Source: Candidatus Cloacimonadales bacterium (lineage in GTDB: Bacteria > Cloacimonadota > Cloacimonadia > Cloacimonadales > TCS61). Taken from it: DNA of 64,000 bases. The translations under genes and the position numbers were made by a program. Where the stretch lies: contig JAUSOT010000047.1 in the NCBI GenBank assembly GCA_030656075.1, positions 10 to 64,009 on the forward strand. Direction: 5' to 3'. Under the pieces are notes generated by a model. It saw only the letters and a program-made list of their open reading frames with translations, had not been told where the DNA came from and made no database searches. Shown here piece by piece: positions 44,142 to 51,250 of the stretch; the stretch's first letter is position 1; each line of letters starts with the position of its first letter.

Positions 44142-46394
44142 TTAACACTTCGACCAGCCGCAGGAATTACAGATCAAACAGCCTTCCGAATGTTCGATGC
44201 TGCTGCCGCAATCCGGGCAGATAGCAATCAGGCCTTGAGAGCTTTTGGTAACTGAGCCGGTTGTGTTTTTATTCAATTCCTTAATATTGCTGATTGCTTT
44301 CTGATCGAGCTGGAGAAATTTTTCCAAAGATTTTGCCACGCTGTCCGCACAGGATGTGATCATTGTGCCGTTATTCCACATGGGAGATGGACAACGAATT
44401 CCCTTCAGTTGTCTCGCTATCGAACTCACTTTTACGTTGGATCGCAGACAGAGAGAAGTGAGTCGGGCAATTGCTTCCAATTGAGCTGAAGCGCAGCCGC
44501 CGACTTTTCCCATTTGAGTGAATATTTCGCAGGCTCCTTTTTCATCGGAATTGATCGTGACATACATGTTGCCGCAGCCTGTTTCCAATTTCTGAGTGAT
44601 TCCGGTCGTCACTTCCGGTCTCTCCCGCGGTGCAATGCGGTGACCGTTTGTTTTGGTTTCTTTAATCTCTTTGCCAAGATTCAAAACCTGGTTTTCGCGG
44701 CTGCCGTCCCGATAGACCGTAACGCCCTTGCAACCCAGTTCATAAGCCATTTCATAGGCCATCTGGATGTCTTCTTTCTTGGCTTCACGATTGAAATTTA
44801 TTGTTTTGGAAACGGCATTATCAGTGTATTTTTGGAAAGCAGCCTGCATCTTGATGTGCCATTGGGGAGAAATATCATGAGATGTAACAAAGATTTTTTT
44901 CAGGTTTTTCGGAATTTCAGGAAGGTGAACAATGCTGCCTGTTTCCGACACTTTTTCCATCAATTCCTTGGAATAAATTCCGGTATCTTTCATGGCTTGT
45001 TCAAAAATCGGATTCACAAAAAGCAGCTTTTCACCATCCATCACATTTTTCACATAGACTAATGAAAACTGGGGTTCGATGCCACCGGAAGTATTACAGA
45101 TCATACTGATCGTGCCGGTGGGGGCGATCGTGGTGGTAGTGGCATTCCTGATTCCGTTCTTAGCAATTTCTGCTATTAAAGCTTCCCAGTTCAGTTTATT
45201 CTTTTTCCTGAGTAATTTTCCGTTTTCGTAAATGCTGCCGGTAAAATTGGGAAATGAGCCAAATTTTTTGCTTAGCTCAATCGACTTTTGTTTGGAATGA
45301 AAATCGATGAATTCCATAATATCTTCGGCAAGCTGCAAAGCTGCATTACTGTTGTAAGGAATCTGCAGGCGGAACAACAGATCTGCCCAGCCCATCACAC
45401 CCAGTCCGATCTTGCGGTTCGCTTTCACCATGGCATCGATAGCAGGAAGAGGAAATTGAGATCGATTGATCACATCATCCAGAAATTCCACACTTTCGCG
45501 AACAGAATTTTTTAAAATTTCCCAGGAAAACTTTCCATTTTCGATCATTTCCGCCAGATTGAGTGAACCCAGATTACAGGCTTCGTTAGGCAGCAGAGGC
45601 TGTTCACCGCAGGGATTACTCGATTCGATCCTGCCGATATGCGGAGTGGGATTGTATTTATTGATCCGGTCGATAAAAATTATGCCCGGTTCGCCATTTT
45701 GATGCGCCATTTTTACGATCAGATTGAAAACATCCCGGGCATTCACTTTCTCGGTTACTTCACCGGTATGGGGAGCAATCAACTCAAAATCTTCATTCTC
45801 GTTTACCGCTTTCATGAATTTATCGGTGATGCCGACACTGATATTGAAATTGGTGAGTTGGCTGGTATTTTCTTTGCAGGTAATGAATTCCAAAATCTCG
45901 GGATGATCGACATTCAGGATGGCCATATTGGCTCCGCGCCTGGTTCCGCCCTGTTTGACAGCATCTGTGGCTGCATTGAATACTTTCAGAAAAGAAATCG
46001 GACCGCTGGAAACGCCGTTTGTACTGCGGACTCTGGCATTTGACTGGCGCAATTTGCTGAAACTGAAACCGGTTCCGCCGCCGCTTTTATGGATGAGAGC
46101 TGCATTTTTCACAGATTCAAAAATGCTTTCCATGCTGTCTTCCAATGGCAGGACAAAACAGGCTGAAAGCTGTTGGAGATCATTCCCGGCATTCATCAAA
46201 GTCGGAGAATTCGGCAGAAAATATCCTGAATCCAAAAGCTTGTAATAGCGTTCTTTTTTAGCGGGATCATTCCCGCTGATATTAGTAGCCACCCGATCTA
46301 TCATCTTAGGCCAATCTTCGATTAATTTGCCATTTTCATCACGTTTAAAATAACGTTTTTTCAGCACTGTTAAAGCGTTTTCTGTTAACTGCAT
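44142..46394 (-). CDS. nrdJ: adenosylcobalamin-dependent (class II) ribonucleotide reductase
   Basis: MQLTENALTVLKKRYF start, SNPCGEQPL active-site Cys loop, TIAPTGTIS, and a C-terminal CxxC..CxxC tail. I set the start at residue 17 of the track ORF, after AAAGGGGAAGG. Confidence 0.85.
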   Translation of the reverse strand: MQLTENALTVLKKRYFKRDENGKLIEDWPKMIDRVATNISGNDPAKKERYYKLLDSGYFLPNSPTLMNAGNDLQQLSACFVLPLEDSMESIFESVKNAALIHKSGGGTGFSFSKLRQSNARVRSTNGVSSGPISFLKVFNAATDAVKQGGTRRGANMAILNVDHPEILEFITCKENTSQLTNFNISVGITDKFMKAVNENEDFELIAPHTGEVTEKVNARDVFNLIVKMAHQNGEPGIIFIDRINKYNPTPHIGRIESSNPCGEQPLLPNEACNLGSLNLAEMIENGKFSWEILKNSVRESVEFLDDVINRSQFPLPAIDAMVKANRKIGLGVMGWADLLFRLQIPYNSNAALQLAEDIMEFIDFHSKQKSIELSKKFGSFPNFTGSIYENGKLLRKKNKLNWEALIAEIAKNGIRNATTTTIAPTGTISMICNTSGGIEPQFSLVYVKNVMDGEKLLFVNPIFEQAMKDTGIYSKELMEKVSETGSIVHLPEIPKNLKKIFVTSHDISPQWHIKMQAAFQKYTDNAVSKTINFNREAKKEDIQMAYEMAYELGCKGVTVYRDGSRENQVLNLGKEIKETKTNGHRIAPRERPEVTTGITQKLETGCGNMYVTINSDEKGACEIFTQMGKVGGCASAQLEAIARLTSLCLRSNVKVSSIARQLKGIRCPSPMWNNGTMITSCADSVAKSLEKFLQLDQKAISNIKELNKNTTGSVTKSSQGLIAICPDCGSSIEHSEGCLICNSCGWSKC

Positions 46395-46698
46395 CCTTCC
46401 CCTTTTCATGCTTGGAGCCCGAATTTTTAAAGTAATCCGCAACTCTTTGCCATATATTGAGATATGATTCTCAATTACATAATCCCAACACTAAAATTAA
46501 CTTAATTTAATTGTTAAATTTCAGTCTGTTAGCGCAGGTGTCAAGACAGAAAAAAAACTAAAAATCTAAATTATTTGTAAAAGCCTTTGTAATCTACATT
46601 GGCGAAGTTAAAAAAAAATCAGGGAAAAAATGAATGAATATTTTCGCTGGAATGGTCTTATTTTTGCCTTCCAAACCTGCCGGAAAAGTATATTTTTT

Positions 46699-48123
46699 TT
46701 ATCTGTTTTGCCAGTAATTATATAGCTTATCGAGAGAGCAGAGCCAGGCGTTTTGCGAACGGCCGCGCTTCAAAATCTGCCAGTAAAGTTTCGACCAGCC
46801 GGGATAATCGATCGGATCGGAAAGGTGGGTGTGCCAGCAGACAGAAAAGTGTGATCGGTGTTTCTTCGATTTATCTAAAAGTTGAGCAAATTTTCGTTTA
46901 GCTTTTCTGTAGTTGAAATCGACTTGTTTTTGCATTGCCAAATCCATGGCGATGAGTGGAATTTCTAAAATATTAAAGGGACGATCCTCTTTGAGGTTGT
47001 ACGGTTGAAAAGGATAAGAAATTCCTGCCCGAAAGCCGATCTTCTCATCGAAGCCGACGCTGGAATCATATTTGATGGCACCTTGTTCCAAAACTGAAAA
47101 TAAATTCTGGTAGTTAAAGTTCAGGTAGCGCACCCGAAAACCATTGGCCGAAAAACCTTCCAGTTTCTGCAGTTCTTCCGGCAGGAAATGATATTGGAAG
47201 CCGGCTTCTTTGCTGCCCTGTAAATTTACGCTGCCGTCTTTCAGCAGCTGAACGATCTGCTTGAAATACTGCTCGTTCTTAAAATAATTTCTTCTTTCAT
47301 CCGGAAAATCTGATTTGGTGAGCAAAAAGAAAGAGGAAGATGCTTTCAGAATCTTTTCACGCCGGATGATAAGTTTTATTAGTTTGGCTGGATCTTTGAA
47401 GATTTTTCGGCTGTATTTGTGGATGATCGCTTTCCAGAAAACCTGCCAGTAGCTTTCATGGAAGGGATTATTTTTTTCCTGGGTGATTTTTGCGATAAAA
47501 TTCTCTGTCCAGACATTCCAAAATTCCACATTATGAGAAAGTGAGATGGCATATTTCTTTCCTTCCGGCCAGATGCTGCTGAAAACAAATTCGGGAAAAG
47601 CTTTCTTCAGCATATTTGCCAGTATTTCGCAATAACGGTCCACCGGCGGAATGTCGGTGAAACCAAAACTGTATTGAAAAGATTTGTAGTAGTCATATTG
47701 ACTTTGGGGAGAGATTTCGGCAGAAGAAGCATATTCCTGCCAGCAGGACAAGAAATAAAAAGCTGAAGAAATGATGTCTTTGCGCAACCGGATCGAATTG
47801 CTGGTGTAACGTATCAACTCACCCTGTTTGGAAAAAAGTACCGGCACATATTCATCCTGATACTTCATCAGACTCACTTGTTCGATCGGGTAGATTTCTT
47901 TTTTTTCAAAAAAATCTGCTGCACCCGGATCGTGATAGATATGAACGGGATATATGTCTTCGGTTCGTTTGCCGTAATATAAATGAATTACTTCAGAGGT
48001 GAGGCCGGTGAAAAACCTGGGCTTCAAACCCAGAACTCGACAAAGAGTGTTGAAAACATATTTCGTTTTTCCGGAATATCTCTCATCTACATTCAAAAAA
48101 ATATTTAATTGTTTTTGTTCCAT
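46699..48123 (-). CDS. hypothetical protein, possibly of the polysaccharide-deacetylase family
   Basis: 474 aa. The N-terminal pattern (KYVFNTLCRVLGLKPRF...IHLYYG) and later histidine-containing segments weakly recall carbohydrate deacetylases. This is a low-certainty call. Confidence 0.4.
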   Translation of the reverse strand: MEQKQLNIFLNVDERYSGKTKYVFNTLCRVLGLKPRFFTGLTSEVIHLYYGKRTEDIYPVHIYHDPGAADFFEKKEIYPIEQVSLMKYQDEYVPVLFSKQGELIRYTSNSIRLRKDIISSAFYFLSCWQEYASSAEISPQSQYDYYKSFQYSFGFTDIPPVDRYCEILANMLKKAFPEFVFSSIWPEGKKYAISLSHNVEFWNVWTENFIAKITQEKNNPFHESYWQVFWKAIIHKYSRKIFKDPAKLIKLIIRREKILKASSSFFLLTKSDFPDERRNYFKNEQYFKQIVQLLKDGSVNLQGSKEAGFQYHFLPEELQKLEGFSANGFRVRYLNFNYQNLFSVLEQGAIKYDSSVGFDEKIGFRAGISYPFQPYNLKEDRPFNILEIPLIAMDLAMQKQVDFNYRKAKRKFAQLLDKSKKHRSHFSVCWHTHLSDPIDYPGWSKLYWQILKRGRSQNAWLCSLDKLYNYWQNR

Positions 48124-48351
48124 TTAGCTATCCTGTTACTTTCTCAAATTTTCTGTCACTATTAAATTTCCTAGCCCCTCTTCAAATCAAGAGGGGAGCG
48201 GATTGATTTCTTTAAACACATTTCCTCGTTCTTATATAAAGTTGGACTTCTCGTCCCGGGGAGTCCACACTGTTTTTTGCTTTCGTCCCGAAAGCCATCA
48301 ATCAATAATTCCGGATCAGGATGATCCGGCAAAAACATCCGGCAACAGAAT

Positions 48352-48612
48352 CAACCCCCTCGCTCCCCCTATTGAGGGGGAAGAAAACTATCATTACATA
48401 CATCTCGTTCCAATGCTCCAGCGTTGGAATGCTGCATCTCCGCTCCGGCGGACTTTAAATTAAAACTTTGCCGCATTTCATTCTCCCAACCCCCTCGATC
48501 CCCCTTGACAGGGGGAAGTAAACGATCATTACTTACATCTCGTTCCAATGCTCCGGCGTTGGAATGCTGCATCTCCGCTCCGGCGGACGTTAAATCCAAA
48601 CTTTGGCACATC
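48352..48612. repeat. tandem duplication (period ~135 nt) of a three-hairpin composite unit
   Basis: Unit 1 starts at 48352 and unit 2 at 48487. Each contains CAACCCCCTCG.TCCCCCT...AGGGGGAAG, CGTTCCAATGCTCC.GCGTTGGAATG and CTCCGCTCCGGCGGAC. The units are roughly 90% identical by eye. Confidence 0.8.
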
Positions 48613-48653
48613 TCCTCCAAGAAATCTTTGAAAGAAGATGTGGCAAAGTGCAT

Positions 48654-49871
48654 TTACTCATTTCGAATGATCTTGATCGGATCGATCTTCACTGTGCGCC
48701 GGGCAGGATGAAGCGTTGTCAGGAAACTGATGATGATGGCAACCAATGGTCCCAAAATGAAATCTGTCGTGCGCATTTCCACCGGCAGCCATTGCAGCGG
48801 AAAACCGGGAACCGGGATCAGGATAAAATGCCATTTCAATTGAGCGTAAAGCAGTCCCGAAGCCAGAACCAGCGCGATCAAAGCACCCATCACTCCGATG
48901 ATCACACCGATGTTCAGAAAAATTTTTATAATATCTTTTTCGGAAGCTCCCAAAGCTTTCAGTACTCCGATTTCAGTTTTTTTTTCCGCCACCAGTTTGA
49001 TGAAATTTCCGGTCATGTTGAAGGAAGCGATGATGATCATCAACGCCAACACCAGGAACATGATGACTTTCTCCATCTTGATGGCATTGAACAGATTGGC
49101 ATCAAACACGCTCCAATCTTCCACCAGAAATTCCGACCCTAACAATTCCTGGATTTTACGAGCATATTTTTTCGAGTTTTCGGAATTGACCGACTTAATT
49201 TCGATCTGGCTGACTTCGTTTTGGTAGCCGAGAAAATACTGAGCATTCTGCAGTGAAATGTAGGTGTAAACCTGGTCGTATTCCGGCATACCGGAGACAA
49301 AAATTCCCACCACCTTCAACTTTTTGCTTTTGGGCAGCAGACCAAATGGCGTCGGCTCCGTGCCAAGCGGCGACATCAACTGAACATATTCGCCCACCGT
49401 GGCATTGATCGTGAGGGAAAGATCGAGACCGATGATGATGCCGTCATTTTGCAGGCTTTCGACGGTGGGAACTCCCACTACCATTTTTTGGACGAGACCG
49501 GTGATGCGTGTCTGAGAATCAAAATCGATGCCAAAACATAAGTTAGAACCAAGATTGTTGCCTTTTTGGATCATCAATTCCATTTCACACACCGGCGCTG
49601 CGGCAACCACTTCCGGTAATTCCGTTATCTGCTTTGTAATTTCATTATAATCGGAGATTGGATTATATTCTTTTTGATGAACTTTAATCTCAGCTTTGGA
49701 ACCCACCACCCTATTTCTCATATCACTGTCGAAGCCGTTCATCACCGAAGAAACGACCAACAGTGAAAAAACTCCGATGATGATGCCGCCCATGGATAGC
49801 AGGTTGGAGAAAGTGAAAAATATCTTCTTCCTGCCTTTCAGATATTTGAGTGCGAGTTTTAAGTGGAACAT
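48654..49871 (-). CDS. LolC/LolE-like lipoprotein-releasing ABC transporter permease (MacB-FtsX family)
   Basis: 405 aa with MFHLKLALKYLKGRKK, a periplasmic domain, and a C-terminal FtsX TM bundle ending PARRTVKIDPIKIIRNE. Confidence 0.8.
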   Translation of the reverse strand: MFHLKLALKYLKGRKKIFFTFSNLLSMGGIIIGVFSLLVVSSVMNGFDSDMRNRVVGSKAEIKVHQKEYNPISDYNEITKQITELPEVVAAAPVCEMELMIQKGNNLGSNLCFGIDFDSQTRITGLVQKMVVGVPTVESLQNDGIIIGLDLSLTINATVGEYVQLMSPLGTEPTPFGLLPKSKKLKVVGIFVSGMPEYDQVYTYISLQNAQYFLGYQNEVSQIEIKSVNSENSKKYARKIQELLGSEFLVEDWSVFDANLFNAIKMEKVIMFLVLALMIIIASFNMTGNFIKLVAEKKTEIGVLKALGASEKDIIKIFLNIGVIIGVMGALIALVLASGLLYAQLKWHFILIPVPGFPLQWLPVEMRTTDFILGPLVAIIISFLTTLHPARRTVKIDPIKIIRNE

Positions 49872-49899
49872 TATTTATCCAAGCCTATCTTCATTTTAT
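49838..49899. repeat. direct repeat copy A (lolC first 34 nt plus 28 nt upstream)
   Basis: 62 of 62 nt identical to 51023-51084. Similarity continues with mismatches to about 49917 / 51102. Confidence 0.9.
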
Positions 49900-51012
49900 G
49901 AAATTCCCTTTTTCATCATTTTCCTCTATTAATTCTTTCAGTTGTTGTTTATCTGGCAGGATTGTTTTGTATTTGCTGGCAAAGATTTGCTCATTATCTT
50001 CTGGCAAGGTCATTCTCACCAAAGCGTTTTCTTTCTGTTTACAAAGAATAATTCCTATGGTTTTATTTTCATCAGCCATTTTTATTTCTCGGTCATAGTA
50101 GTTTACATACATTTGCATTTGACCCAAATCCTGGTGCCTCAATTCACCAATTTTTAAATCGATGATTACAAAACATCTTAATAGCCGATTGTAAAAAACC
50201 AGATCAATAAAGAAATGCTTCTCTTTAAAAGTCATCCGTTTCTGTCGGGCTACAAAAGTGAAACCTTTTCCTAATTCCAATAGAAAATGTTCCAATTTAT
50301 CGATCAATCTGCTTTCTAAATCTGATTCGGAATATTTTGCATGCTCCGGCAATCCTAAAAATTCCAAAATATACGGTTCTTTAACTGCATCGGCTGGTTT
50401 TGAAATGATTTGCCCTTTTTGTGAGAGTTCTTTGATAGCCTCTTTATCTTTACTCAATACTAAACGTTCGTACAGAGCAGAATCAAATTGTCTCTTCAGT
50501 TCTCTTAAACTCCAATTATTTGTATGAGCTTCAATTTCATAAAATTTTCTCTCTTCGAAATTCTCTATGCGCATTAAGAAAACGTAATGTGACCAACTCA
50601 AAATAAATTCCGCAGACGATGTCTGCGTTTTTCCTACTTCAAATTCCCCAGACACTGTCTGCTGTTTTTGTAATTCCCTCGACAGCATTGAAGATTTCTT
50701 CTTTTCTAATTCCGCAGACATTGTCTGCGGAATTGAGTAAGTTAGATAAAAGAACTTCATTTGCTCAAGATTACGCACAGAAAATCCCCTGCCAAATTCT
50801 TTTATAAGTTTTTCAGACAGGTCTTCTAATATTTGCTCCCCATATTCTGCACGTTTTTCTCCGCCCTGTAAATGCTCTACGATTATTCGTCCAATCTCAA
50901 AATAGGTACAAACCATTGTGGAATTGATGGAACGAATAACCTGGGAGCGAGCGGTTATTATCAGTTCCTTTACTTCGTGAAAAATGTTTTTTTCTATGTT
51001 GTTCGAATTCAT
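49891..51012 (-). CDS. DUF1016 / YhcG-family PD-(D/E)XK nuclease (copy 1)
   Basis: 373 aa. N-terminal domain ITARSQVIRSINSTMVCTYFEIGRIIVE...GFSVRNLEQMKFFY, and a C-terminal nuclease core FIDLVFYNRLLRCFVIIDLKIGELRHQDLGQMQMYVNYY (D..(D/E)xK). Confidence 0.8.
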   Translation of the reverse strand: MNSNNIEKNIFHEVKELIITARSQVIRSINSTMVCTYFEIGRIIVEHLQGGEKRAEYGEQILEDLSEKLIKEFGRGFSVRNLEQMKFFYLTYSIPQTMSAELEKKKSSMLSRELQKQQTVSGEFEVGKTQTSSAEFILSWSHYVFLMRIENFEERKFYEIEAHTNNWSLRELKRQFDSALYERLVLSKDKEAIKELSQKGQIISKPADAVKEPYILEFLGLPEHAKYSESDLESRLIDKLEHFLLELGKGFTFVARQKRMTFKEKHFFIDLVFYNRLLRCFVIIDLKIGELRHQDLGQMQMYVNYYDREIKMADENKTIGIILCKQKENALVRMTLPEDNEQIFASKYKTILPDKQQLKELIEENDEKGNFIK

Positions 51013-51022
51013 TTGTTTCCTC

Positions 51023-51084
51023 TCAGATATTTGAGTGCGAGTTTTAAGTGGAACATTATTTATCCAAGCCTATCTTCATTTTAT
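51023..51084. repeat. direct repeat copy B (pseudo-start of lolC fused to the DUF1016 gene)
   Basis: Identical to 49838-49899. It encodes a 15-codon leader MFHLKLALKYLRGNK whose TGA overlaps the DUF1016 ATG. Confidence 0.9.
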
Positions 51085-51250
51085 AAAACTTCCTTTTTCA
51101 TTTTTAAGCCAACTTATTGATTCCTTTTTTTTTAACAATCAATTCTAGCAATGTTCAAGCACGCTGCGGAATCAGCATGATTCCACCAAAGCGAACCAAC
51201 TAACGTTTGAATCGGCACGATTCAAACAAAACAGACGGATAACTCTACCG

